A program made the translations under genes and the position numbers. From contig OX597816.1 in NCBI GenBank assembly GCA_951406725.2, positions 62,558,001 through 62,622,000 on the forward strand: a stretch of 64,000 nucleotides of DNA, in the 5' to 3' direction. This document shows, piece after piece, positions 40,554 through 53,700 of the stretch. This DNA is from Octopus vulgaris. Taxonomy: Eukaryota. Each line of letters starts with the position of its first letter. Within the stretch, counting starts at the first letter, position 1. The notes beneath the pieces were generated by a model that saw only the letters and a program-made list of their open reading frames with translations, was not told the DNA's origin and ran no database searches.

Positions 40554-40957
40554 GTTTCTTTACTACTGACAAGGGGCTAAACACAGAGGGGACGAACAAG
40601 GGCAGACAAACGGATTATGTCAATTACATCGACCCAGTGCATAACTGGTACTTATTTAATCGACCCCGAAAGGATGAAAGGCAAAGTCGACCTCGGCAGA
40701 ATTTGAACTGAGAACGTAGCAACAGACGAAATACCTATTTCATTATTACCCACAAGGGGCTAAACATAGAAGGGACAAAAGGGACAGACATAGGTATTAA
40801 GTGATTTACATCGACCTCAGTGCGTAACTGGCACTTAATTTATCGACCCCGGAAGGATGAAAGGTTTAAGTTCAAAAGGAATTTGAACTTACAACGTAAC
40901 GGCAGACAGGATACCGCCAAGCATTTCGTCCGTCGTGTTATCGTTTCTGCCAGCTCG
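40554..40957 (-). mobile_element. SINE A composite (full plus partial unit) with 22-bp TSD
   Basis: CCGATTTGTGGAATA(T/C)GTACCT at 40532-40553 and 40958-40979. Confidence 0.9.
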
Positions 40958-42678
40958 CCGATTTGTGGAATACGTACCTCTAGACGAAACGCTCCATTTT
41001 TGGCGGGACGTACATGAACTGGGATTGAGTATGACAGTTAGGTGGTAATATATGATAGTGCTATAGTGACTTCATTCACATATGCCGTCACAGATCTTCC
41101 ATACTTTTTCCGTATGGAGTCCTTCTTAATGTCTCTAGTTTCCGCTAGCTTTACAATAATAAGAATTTTAAACTTTGCCTCAAAGTTGGTGTTACCTATT
41201 GAGTTTCTCTGACTACCGACTGATGAAAGCTGCCTGCTCTTGCTAGGTCAAGGAAGTAGACCTGACAACCTTCACAATGAACTCAGTTAATAGATAAATC
41301 TGTCGTAAATCTGTCTAAAGATGGATAAAGTAATAACTTTCCCAGTGAAAACAGGAAAATATAAAAGTAAGCACCAATATGATCTTTTCGAGAACAATAG
41401 CTTAAAATTAATGCTACACAGTAGTTTTGTATACATACTACACTAAAACACACGCACAAAAAACACGCCCCACACAGACACACACATACACGCACACACA
41501 CACACACACGCTCACGCGTACAGACACAGACAGACAGACAGGCCCCCCACACACACCATTGCATCCTACGTCGAATCTTGCAAAAACTTCTGGCAGAAAG
41601 CTTCTCAATATGTGTTCCAACTCTTTGCGCTCTGAGTTGAAATCTTGCCGAGGCGAAAGGTGCATTTCATTCTTTAAACTTAATTTTCGGACCAGTAAGA
41701 ATTCTTTAAGAGGATTCTTTAAATTTTGTCAGGTATTTGGGTCGGATTTCTTGTCTGAAGAGACATTCTTCCCTATCTCTCATTACTCTCAGAAGCAATG
41801 TAAAGAACCACGGACCTTGCCTTCCCTCCTGACTAAACGAGTTCAAAAGCTATTTTTCTGTAGGGTGTCAGCTTTCAACCCCCTGTTTTTACATGCATTT
41901 CTTAAGACATACTTCGGCCACAGTTTATCGTCATCAGAGAAATTCTTTAAACCGTTTGCATGTACATTAGCAATGACAATACTTAACCGAATTTATCGGC
42001 CCTATCTATTTATAGTTAATAAGCTGCAATATCTTTGATAGGGAAATTAATATTTTCGATTAAAGATAAAAGTTTTTACTTGACTAATAAAGTCACTTCT
42101 TTATGGTAAGTCATTGCATAAAACGTCATTTTGCATGGATAGTGACTCGCACATTATTCTTCAGGAACTTGGTTATATTTTTATTTAGCGCATGGCGTTG
42201 CTATGGACTTTGCATGTCCTCTCAGGTTGAGATCATTATCTTTACTTCTGTAGACTGATGCTGGAAAGGTTCTTATTGCTGTTTAGCGCAAAGAAAATCA
42301 CCATGAACCAGACCTACTGTCATTAGCAAGGATTACATCACTTTTATTTACAGAATTATGATACTCGGGATACTTTATTTAATTTCCATACTTTTTTAAG
42401 TAATAGAAGGATGTGTAGATATTTGGCTGTCATTTCTAGCACGTCGAATGCTCAGGTGGGAGCTCTAACATTTGTTAGCGAGAAAAAGTGTTGCAGAGAA
42501 CTGCAATTATTTGATAAAAGTCATCTCAAAATGTTCTTTTGAGGGTTTAAAATTTAGCAAAGAGAAAGGATATTGAGTGGAGAAGAAACATTTGAATTTG
42601 TTTCGCTTGAATGGCGATTTAACACTTTTTGTATTATGAGATTAAAGTTACCTTCATAGCATCTGTGACAGAACGATC

Positions 42679-43020
<342 letters not shown>

Positions 43021-43593
43021 GGAAAGAAAGAAAAAGATGTCTGCAAACAGTACGCCGACTCAGCCTATTTGAGTTGGTATTTGCCAAGATCTAACAATTC
43101 GGTAATCGGAGATGGAACGCGGGAACAGTTAAACAGACTCGGTATTGAATGACATGGAGTTTGAAAGAGGTATAAGGACGGGTCATATCAATCATTCTAG
43201 ATCATGACCAACCACAGAACAATCAACAAGAATACCATGATGATTTATCTGATTGTCATAGAGTTGTCAGTTGCAGATTATCTGTTAATGTCCATTAACA
43301 AAATCACGAACAAGCAGCTAATTCTGCTGAACAAACAAGTAAAACGATAGCCAATGTTGCAGGAATTCATACGCCACCGCATAAAATAATAATATATTGC
43401 AAAATTACACTGGGAATTAGAATACAATATGTAATTTTTCCATATGATGTATAATTCTTTCTACTTTTGACACAAGGCCTCAGAGAGGGCTAGTCGATTA
43501 CATCGACCCCAGTACTCGACTGGTATTTATTTTATCGACGCCAAGAAGATGAATGGCGAAGTCGACTTCGGCGGAATGTGTACTCAGAACGTA

Positions 43594-44886
43594 CGAGGGG
43601 CGTTCAATAAGTAATGCCCCTGACCCACTTCCCATAGCAGTAGAGCAACGAAACTTGGCACAGGTATTAGTCTTTTTCTACATAGGAACAACCCAGAGGT
43701 ACGCATTTCTCCCATCGTTTGATGCAGTTCTGGAGACCGTTTTCGTAGAAGACCCCAGCTTGGTCCTCCAACCTCAACGTGACCTCAGAAATCAAGGCTG
43801 CATCATCTGGGAAACGCTTTCCTTTCAAAAACAACTTCATGGCTGGGAAGAGGTGAAAATCAGAGGGTGCAAGGTCAGGAGAGTAGGGGGATGGAGGAAG
43901 AGTTCATAGCCGCACGCCTGTGCTTCTGATCTGGCGACACGCGAGTTGTGGACCGGAGCGTTGTCCTGCAGGAGGAGGATGCCTTTGCTGATCTTGCCCC
44001 GCCTCTTGGTTTCGATAGCTTCTCTTAATTTCCTCAAAAGTGAAACCTGATAGGCTCCTGTAATTGTGGTACCCTTTGCCAGGAAATCTGTCATCACTAC
44101 TCCGTCATGGTCCCAGAAGACTGTGAGCATGACCTTGCCAGCGGAGGGCTGCACCCTTGCCTTCTTTGGAGGAGGTGAGTCATGGTGCTTCCACTGCATT
44201 GACTGGGCTTTGGTCTCTGGTTCATAGTGATGGACCCAGGTCTCATCCTGTGTAATTAGTCTTTTAAAAAAATTTGACTCATCTTCTTGGCACATCCCTA
44301 AATTCTTGCTTCTGGAATTCTTGCGTTCTTGCTTCTGGAAAAGTGTGAGCAACCTGGAAATCCATCTGGCAGACACCTTTTGCATATGCAAATGGTCATG
44401 AATGATAGTTTCCACAGACCCGGTACTAATTGTGACCTCATGGGCTATTTGGCGAATAGTTATGCGTCGATCTTCCAAAATGGCAGCCTCAACTTGACGG
44501 ACAGATGTCTCATCAATGGCAGAAGGGGGGTCGACCAGATCTGGGAGCTGTTTCCACAGAGTTCCGACCATGTTTGAATTCACGATGCCAGCGTTTTACA
44601 AGGTCATATGATGGGGCATCATCACCATAAGTTACTTTCATTTCATTAAAAGTCTCCTGTGGTGTGCGTCATTTCAAATACAAAAACGGGATCACTGCTC
44701 GACACTCAACATGCTCCATTTCCCACTTGACTCATTTCAAACACCTGTAAATCAGAAACCACAATTAGTTCGGAGCTATAATTTGCCACTTAATCTATAG
44801 AGATATCAATAATTGCACATGCAAAATTTCAGCTAGATCAAACAAAGGCAAGTGGGTCAGAGGCATTACTTATTGAACGCCCCTCG
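43594..44886 (-). mobile_element. Full-length mariner transposon (1293 bp), TA TSD, inserted into a SINE A copy
   Basis: TA|CGAGGGGCGTTCAATAAGTAATGCC...GGCATTACTTATTGAACGCCCCTCG|TA; the flanks rejoin as CAGAACG-TA-AAG of SINE A. Confidence 0.96.
43667..44719 (-). pseudogene. Mariner D,D34D-type transposase, inactivated by stops and frameshifts
   Basis: ATG at 44719; motifs ITQDETW, MLTVFWD, LLQDNAPVH, HPP..SPDLAPSDFHLF across a frameshift; stop at 43667. Confidence 0.92.
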
Positions 44887-45504
44887 TAAAGCTGGAAACG
44901 TGTCGCTCTGTACCCTTGTCTGCCGTGCTAAAGGTTCTGTCTGATTACCGTCCAAGTGTGCTGTAAAATTTAGTGCAGACTTAAGTAAAAAAAAGGGGGG
45001 GAACTAGAAAGCAGTTTTATAATATAAAGACGATATTATCCGAGAGAAAAATATGCGTAGAACACAGTAAGAAATTTTCTGTCACTGGAATATCAAACGC
45101 CAAACATACGAATATTTTCAGTAATTTTGATTCCAAAAGGTGGCAGATTTGCCTTTATATTTATCTGGATGTGACACAGCACTTTGGTAAATACCTAAAG
45201 TTTTGGATATGAAGCGTTTAGTTACAGAACTTCAGACCCTCAGCTCAAATTCCTCTGAGGTCAATTTAGTTTCCCTCCTTTCGAGGTTTGATCACGTATA
45301 ATAACAGTTATATCATGGAATCGAATGTTACCAACTATAATGTTATCCCTGTATGCATGTAAGATATGGGCCTTGACGAAGAGAGAACAACATTTGGTTA
45401 CGGTGCAGAGATCCATAGAAAAGTCGATGCTGGGAATCTCATTTGGAACGAGGAGACCTAGGATAGTACTGGAGTGAAATACGCCTTCGTAGACTACCAT
45501 CACA

Positions 45505-45760
45505 CAAAGCTACGATGGGCTGGTCATGTCGCAAGGTTCAAAGACGATATGTGGACTCACGCAGTTGTCGAGTGGTACTAGTGCAAGCGGAAGCGACCGC
45601 TCAGAAGACCCCCAGGTTGCCATATGATTTAAGAAAAATGTTTGGAGCACCGTGGAAGAGAATGGCGAGAGCCCGAAGGATATGGAGCGAATGCTGTAAC
45701 CAGCGGAGCCGACTCGACACCAGACAGTGTGGCCGATCCAGGTAACCCAGGTGACATGTA
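45505..45760 (+). mobile_element. RTE-clade LINE 3' fragment
   Basis: LRWAGHVARFKDDMWTHAVVEWY*CKRKRPLRRPP, the typical RTE C-terminal motif; short CCAGGT repeat tail. Confidence 0.8.
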
Positions 45761-46715
45761 ACACAAGGCAACACGATTTCTTTATATACACAGTAGTTTC
45801 ATATACATACTACACTAAAACACACGCACAAAAAATACCCCCACACAGACACACACACACACACACACAAACATACACGAACACACACTCACATACAGAC
45901 ACACACCATTGCATCCTACGTCGAACCAAGAAAAAAATGGTTACAGTTAGGTCGTATTTTGTTCGAATACACGAAAGATTTCTTACATTGAAAATGAAGC
46001 ATCCAAGAATAAAAACTGGCAGAAAGCCTCTCAATATGTATTCCAACTCTTTACACTCTGAGTTGAAATCTTTCCGAGCTGAAATGCTATATATTTTACC
46101 GGACTAAAAGAAGGACTAAAGACAATATCGACCACCATACGAGATTTGAACTCGCAATGCAAAATTATGCGACAAAATACCTCAAAGAATCTTGTCGACC
46201 ACTACTACTCTCCCGCTTCTGCCAAGGTATGGCCATAATACAAATATCGCCCATGTACATCCACGAAATGTAATGTTTCATTATTTTTAAAATAACAAAT
46301 CTATATTACTGGTAACGAATATACTAGACATGACAGAAACGGAGACATAATTTTCATCCAATATAGCCTAATCGCTCAAAAAAAAAAAAATGGCTACACT
46401 AAGGTCGTATTTTGTTCGAGTACACAAAAGGTTTCTTACATGGAGAATGAAGCACCCAAGAATATATAAAGTAACGGATTTTATAATGAAGTGAGCAAAG
46501 AGCACGGAAGCAAGTAAGGTTATTTATTATTATTAATATTATTATTACTTCGTTACACATAAGAAAGCTTATTTAACAACTAACTACTTTTCACAGAAAG
46601 GATGTGAAATAAAAATGCATGTAAATAGTTTTTTATTTTTTTTATTTAAAAAGACCTTATCCTAACGGCTTCAAATACTTCTTGGAATTGCAGCTGCTAA
46701 AACTACTGCTGGTGG

Positions 46716-46788
<73 letters not shown>

Positions 46789-46999
46789 GTTGCTCTTGTA
46801 ATATGTGTGTGCATATGTGTAAATAATTGTGGATATATAAACATTTATGCGTAAATATGTGTAAATATATATATATATATACGTAAATATATGTGTATAT
46901 ATATATATATATATTAGTATAAATATGTTAGTATAAATATATATATATATATGTGTGTGTAAATATATGTGTATGTATATATATATATATGTTTACATA

Positions 47000-47943
47000 T
47001 TTTATTCTTTTATTTGTTTCAGTTATTTGACTGCGGCCATGCTGTAGCATCGCCTTTCGTCGAACAAATAGACTTCAGTATTTACTCTTTGTGAGCCTAG
47101 TACTTATTTTATCGATCTCTTTTGCCGAACCGCTAGATATGGGACGTAAACACACCAATGTCTGTTGTCAAGCGATGGTGGGAGGACCAACACAGACACA
47201 CAGATACATATATATATATATATATATATATAAACATATTTACACGACGGACTTCTTTCAGCTTCCGTCTACAAAATCCACTCACAAGGATTTGGTCGGC
47301 TTGTGGCTCTAGTAGAAGACACTTGCCCAAGGTCTGACGCGCTGGTATTGTACCCAGAACCATGTGGCTGGTAAGCGCAATCTACATACCACACAACCAC
47401 TCCTACACGTATGTATATATATTTATAATACACTCACACACAAACACACACACACACATATATATATATACACACATGCATATATTTACACATTTGCCTA
47501 TATTTACGCTTACACATACATACACACATACATAGGGCAGGCGTGGCTGCGTCGTAGGAAGCTTGATTCCCAAATACATGGTTCCGGGTTCAATCCCACT
47601 GCGTCGCACCTTAGCAAGTGTCTTCTAGTATAGCTTTGGGCCAGTCAACGCCTCGTGTATGGATTTGGTAGACGGAAACTGAAAGAAGCCCGTCTTATAT
47701 AAATATACATGTATGTATTTGTGTGTGTGCGTGTTTGTTTATGGGTGTGTATTTATCCCAATGCCATCACTTGACAACTAATGGTGGTATGTCTATGTCC
47801 CCGTAACTTAACTGTTCAGCAAAAGAGACCGATAGAATAAGTACTATGCTTACATAGAATAAGTCGATTTCTTCCACAAAAAGCATCTTTGAGGCGGTGT
47901 TCCAGCATGGCCGCAATCAAATGACTGAAACATGTAAAAGGAT

Positions 47944-47945
<2 letters not shown>
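47000..47945. mobile_element. Divergent pair of SINE B copies (47000-47405 minus; 47535-47945 plus)
   Basis: Both match family B, with heads about 130 bp apart. Confidence 0.87.
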
Positions 47946-47994
<49 letters not shown>

Positions 47995-48017
47995 GTATGT
48001 ATGTATGTATACGTATA

Positions 48018-49033
48018 TGAAGTGGTATAAAATCCTTCCTGGACCAGTTCTAAAATGCGTCACGCCGGCAGATGGCAGTGCACGGTCGCGTGCGCAGTGA
48101 CAGTTTGCAGTAACCTCGGTGAAGCAGAATACCGAGCGACATCGCTATGTTTACTTCGCAAGTTGTGAATTTTGTATTTTTATGATCTCGTGTATGCAGT
48201 AGTCTGTGACCTTGTCATGGACAAGTAATTGCAACGAAGAGCCAACGTGAAATTTTGCGTCAAACTTGGGAAGTCTGCTACAGAGACATTAATCTTACCT
48301 CGGCAAGATTGCGACGACGGAGCAATCTGTCGTGCCCAACGTTTAGAGTGACAGCGGCGCTTTATGATAGGAAGAACGTCACAGAAAGACGATGAGCGGT
48401 GTGGATAACCTGCCATCAGCGTCACCCCCGGAACCTGGAGAAAATTCATCGGTTTGTACATGAGTATCGTTGGTGGACAATCATCGACATTGCTGATTTT
48501 GTTGTTCTGTCGCATGGGTTTGCACAAGCAATCTTAACATCTGAATTGAACATGCGATGTGTCTCCGCTAAGTTTCTCCCCGCCCCCACTCTGAGGAAGG
48601 TAACTATTTCGAAGGCGATGCTATTAAAACTTAGATAAATAAGTTATCTTTTTTATTAGATATAACTTGTCCGGGAGTGGAGGCACAATGGCCCAGTATT
48701 TAGGGCAGCGGACTCGCCGGCGGAAGATCGCGGTTTCGATTACCAGACCGGGCGTTGTGTGTGTTTATTGAGCCAAAACACCTAAAGTTCCACGAGGCTC
48801 CGGCAGAGGGTGGTGACGACCCCTGTTGTACTCTTTCGCCCCAACTTTCTCTCACTCTTTCTTCTTATTTCATGGGTAACGCTGCGATGGACTGGCATCC
48901 CGTCCTGCTGGGTGGGGGCGGGAATACATACGCGACAGAAACCGGGAAACCGGGCCCGTGAACCTGGTTAGGCTTGAAAAGGGCGCATAAGTAAAAATAA
49001 TAACTTGTCCGGGAACCTTTTGATACCGCCCCG
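48018..49033 (+). mobile_element. Internally deleted mariner carrying a SINE C insertion
   Basis: QRANVKFCVKLGKSATET N-terminus; imperfect TIRs with TA flanks; catalytic domain missing. Confidence 0.82.
48677..48999 (+). mobile_element. tRNA-derived SINE family C with 15-bp TSD
   Basis: GGAGGCACAATGGCCCAG...GGTTTCGATTACC head; V-domain-like GCTGCGATGGACTGGCATCCCGTCC; TSD ATAACTTGTCCGGGA at 48662-48676 and 49000-49014. Confidence 0.9.
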
Positions 49034-49909
49034 TATGTGTGTGTGTGTGTATGTGTGTGTGTTTGGTGTTTGTAAGACCAGAATATGATCACTCGTGTGT
49101 TTGCAAACGAAGATAAGCTTTTATTCACACGCATGCGTATGTCTGTTTACAAGTGTGCCTGTGGCTGCATATGTGCGCTTCCGTAGATTTGTGTATGCGT
49201 GTCACTGTTTGTTTACACCACTTGCATTATCATTTACATTCTTCTCCCTCCTCCCGCTGCTCAGTTAATTAGAATCATCTGGATAGAACTAAAATAAATT
49301 ACGTCAATATTCCCGCAATTGATCATTCTTATTATTTCTTCAGTGGCCAGTTGATAGAAATTTTAACTGAATGAACCATAATACCACCTGAACATTAATG
49401 ACGGTGGCTTGCTACGAATTTAGATTGATTACAACGGTTACATAATAAATGCTTCGTGGACAATCGAAGGTTACTGTCAAATCAGACTTATTCGCTAAAG
49501 TTAACGTAAATCAACGCTACATAAGACAAATGACATCGCCCAGAACAGAAATTGTAAGCAATCCCAAATCTATTTTATACTTTCATGCTCAAAATCCCAC
49601 CGAGACAGATAAATTTATTGTTATTAACTTTATTATTCTCCTGTATGTGGTGGCTCACACACCATTACTGTCGTTGCTGTGAGAACTGTATAACATGTAC
49701 ACGTTATTTTTAAATAACCCCATTCTGTGTAACCTCCCCAGCGCGTTATGACTGCCTTTCTACTGTCTCCTTCACCCGTCCCTCTCTTAGCAAATAAATG
49801 CAATCATCATCATCACCATCATCGTCGTCGCCATTATTTTGGTTTGTTTCAGCTTCGGTCTTATTCGGAATTATGTGGAGAGCAGTTTACTACCTGTAAA
49901 CCTTAGGTG

Positions 49910-50155
49910 TTCTTTTATTCTTTTACGTGTTTCAGTCATTTGATTGCGACCATGCTGGAGCACCGCCTCTAGTCGAGCAAGTCGACCCCAGAGCTTATTC
50001 TTTGTAAGCTTAGTACTTATTCTATCGGTCTTCTTTGCCGAACCGCTAAGTTATGATGACATAAACACACCAGCATCGGTTGTCAAGCGATTTGGGGGGG
50101 GGGTTAAACACAGACACACAAACATATACATACATACATACATACATATATATAT

Positions 50156-50208
<53 letters not shown>

Positions 50209-50393
50209 CATGTATGTATATTTATATATACGACGCGCTTCTTCCAGTTTCCGTCTACCAAATCCACTCACAGGGCTTTGGTCGGCCCGAGGCTATAGTA
50301 GAAGACACTTACCAAAGGTGCCACCCAGTGTGACTGAATCCAGGGCCATGTGGCTGGAAGCAAGGTACTTACCACACAGCCACACCTGCGCCT
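49910..50393 (-). mobile_element. SINE family B, full length
   Basis: Reverse complement of the family B pattern. Confidence 0.9.
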
Positions 50394-50399
50394 ATCCAC

Positions 50400-51708
50400 A
50401 AGTTTTCAGCAGTCTTTCAAGTACCTAGAACCCTCCTGATAACCCTTGTTTTTCCTTTCTGTAGGAGGTCCACCAGGTATTCTATTTCACTCTCCTTCAG
50501 CCATTTGTGTATATCTTGGTTTACTGTTTCGAACGTACCAATTATTATAAGCACGAGCTTTACTGTTCGCATGCCCCAAATTCTTCCAATTTCAAATTGC
50601 AAGGGACTGCCTTTTTTCGTTTTTCTTCCCCTTTCTTTATGATCCTATAACTAAAAAGGCATAATGGGTCGATCAGTAAGCAACTTCACTTTTCCTTATC
50701 TGTAATCGTTATGTCTGGTCTATTATTTTCTAATTTCTTGTCCGCTTGAATAGGAAAGTTCAAACAAAATCTTACATTTATCCGACTTCAGTACTCTTTC
50801 GACTCAGAGATTTTACCATGTGTTTTCAGCTTCAAATCGCCACTTCTGGTACAGTTTTCATTGTGTAATATTTAAAATCTTGTCGTCCCTCCATTTCTTA
50901 AATTCTTCCTGTGCCAACTTGGGGCGTTCTATCACAATGTGTGCCACTGTCTCGTTCCAACTCCATATATATTTTTTCTGAAGCTGCTTGTTTTTATGGC
51001 TTGATGTTGGGCTACTACAATTAGGATCTCTGTTTCCCTTTTTAATTGTTCCCCCCTTTTTTTAAAAACTAAAACCATTATTTTGTTCCACACATGACTT
51101 CAATGGCTCTCCAACACTGGCCATACAGAAATTTCTTTTCTATCTGTCTGATGTGCTCTCTTTGTATTTCACTCTTGTCCCTTTCTCCTATTACATGCTT
51201 CATCGTCTGTTCTTTATTAACCTATTAGCCTCCAAGGTCCTTTTTTGAGGACCAGAAGGATAATCATATTTCTGCAACATCTGTATTTTTATGAAATATC
51301 TCTAGTTAGTCATCAAAACTGGAGTGTCTTTCAAATATTGTAATAATCTTTTTTTAGTATCAGATAAAGTTGTATAAGAAAAAAGAAAAACAGATTTCTG
51401 GCAATAAATTAAATAAAAAAAATTGGGCTCTAATGGGTGAACTGTCTTCAGTAGCTTTTCTGCGTTCATTTATAAATACCCGCCTAGACTTTTTCTTTCC
51501 ATCTGTGCACATACTTCTGCTGTTATTAAGCCTCTGCCACCCTGATCTCTTCTCAAGTACAGCCGGTTGATATCAGCTTTCGTATGGTGGGCTCCATACA
51601 TTGCCAACAACTTCGTAGTTTTTCTTACAAGTTTCTTTATATCTTTTCTGGTCCAGTCAATAATTCAACTCTATATCTGATTAAAGGTACTGCTCTTGAA
51701 TTTGTTGC
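50400..51708 (-). mobile_element. R4/Dong-like LINE 3' part (thumb and restriction-like endonuclease), decayed
   Basis: HTKADINRLYLRRDQGGRGLI, ETVAHIV, NRPDITITDKEK...LLID, EIGRIWGM...IIIGT...LLQK...IRRVL. Confidence 0.85.
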
Positions 51709-52291
51709 TTAATCCCTTTGTCTGTCCTTGTTTGTCCCCTCTATGTTTAGCCCCCTGTAGGCAGGGAATCCACATACTATGACCCCATCTCCAGCGGCAA
51801 CTTTGTATATTCAGCTGCTACGCCAGGTTCCGCTGCTCACTCCAAGCAGAGAAAAGCAAACTGACAAAGTATCCATCTCTTTCTGATAGGTTTTTATGGT
51901 CGAGCATGTGGCAGTGGAGATCTCAGGCGTTTTCGGCCCCTGGACCATATCCCTGCTCACTGCTATCGAGGTATATTGTGAGATATATAGGCAGTTCCAT
52001 CCCATCCTCTGTGACAACGGCTTTTCCATTTGCCTGTTGGGAGCAAGAGGGGATCTGAATTACAGGAAATCGAGAAACTGTAAGAATTTCGTAGCTTACA
52101 ATCCGTATTTAGTTTCGTTATTAAACTCATTTCTAGCAGCTGGTACGAATATATTAATTGCTAGTAAGACCACGAAACGTCGTAATTTTCAGTGCTGGCT
52201 TTAATTTCTATAGAACATCTGTAGAAATAATTTAAAATGTGATTGAATCGTACTGCTAATACAGGTAGGAGACGGTATTCACTTATATATA

Positions 52292-52521
52292 GGGCGGCGA
52301 GCTGGCAGAAACGTTAGCACGCCGGGCGAAATGTTTAGCGGTATTTCGTCTGCCGTTACATTCTGAGTACAAATTCCGCCGAGGTCGACTTTGTCTTTCA
52401 TCTTTTCGGGGTCGATAAATTAAGTACCAGTTACGTGCTGGAGTCGATAAAATCGACTTAATCCGTTTGTCTGTCCTTGTTCGTCCCCTCTGTGTTTAGC
52501 CCCTTGTGGGTAGTAAATAAA
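52292..52521 (+). mobile_element. SINE family A, full length
   Basis: Near-identical to 8768-8998; GTATTCACTTATATAT / CTATTCGCTTATATAT flanks resemble a TSD. Confidence 0.9.
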
Positions 52522-53471
52522 TAGCTATTCGCTTATATATCTTTAATATACCGAGTAGTATATCATGATTGCATAACGAAATACAGTGTCCCGACTAACA
52601 ATGAATATGTATGTGTGTGTGTGAATGTGCTTCCGTACATTTTACATCTGCGAAATTTAACTGCCGTTATCCCAAGTCATCTGTAGGCCTAATTACAATG
52701 TACTGCTGTGTGGGATCGTTCCCGCCATTACATGTTATGTTTTGGAGTAAAAAAAATAAGCAGGCATTTGAACTACACGGCTTCGCCTGCAAATCGTATA
52801 ATTGTACATGAAAAACAAATTTAAATGATAGTCATTTAAAATATAATACCAGTAAATTACTGGGCTTGAGTAAATCGAACGTAGCAAAAAAAAAACAAAA
52901 AACGCATTGTTCAAAAAGAAAATTTTGTATAGCTCTGCTCGAAGAAATCATTAAAGTTCGTATAAATGTGTGAATTTTGATATTAGAATATTTGAAATGT
53001 TTTCTTTCAGTTTCTGTATTATATTTCATTTTATTTATTTATTTTTTTTAGATTTCATCAAACGCTTCCCTTTAATTAGTTTCAATCTATACAAAAGATC
53101 AATGGTATTTATTTTATCTCGAAATGAATTCTAGCAGAGACATTGTCTGTGGTTACACATAAAATCGTCTGACGTCTGAATGCTATGTAATTTTTCTTAT
53201 GTTTTCATTGATTTTACTTATAACTATGTCTACGATGAATAATTCAAATCATCAGACATAATGGTGTGACATTCTAAAATAGTAATATTTCTCTTGCTAA
53301 TACAGTGAGTGCTATGTGTTTTTTTTTTTTTTTTTTGCTTTTTCTTCTTTCCGTATTTACTTAGACGTAGGAGCAGAGACAGAGCCATTGACCTTTGCAG
53401 GCCTTGCCAGACTGGTGAGACTGATACGGTTGATTTTCATCTTGAATATGTGAAGAGAGCTAATCATATAC

Positions 53472-53528
<57 letters not shown>

Positions 53529-53620
53529 TGTGTGTGCATGTGTATACGATATGTTCTATGCCTTTTATCAGGCATCATAATGGCACTCGCACATATATAA
53601 ACGTAAATCAATAGTCAAAC

Positions 53621-53700
<80 letters not shown>

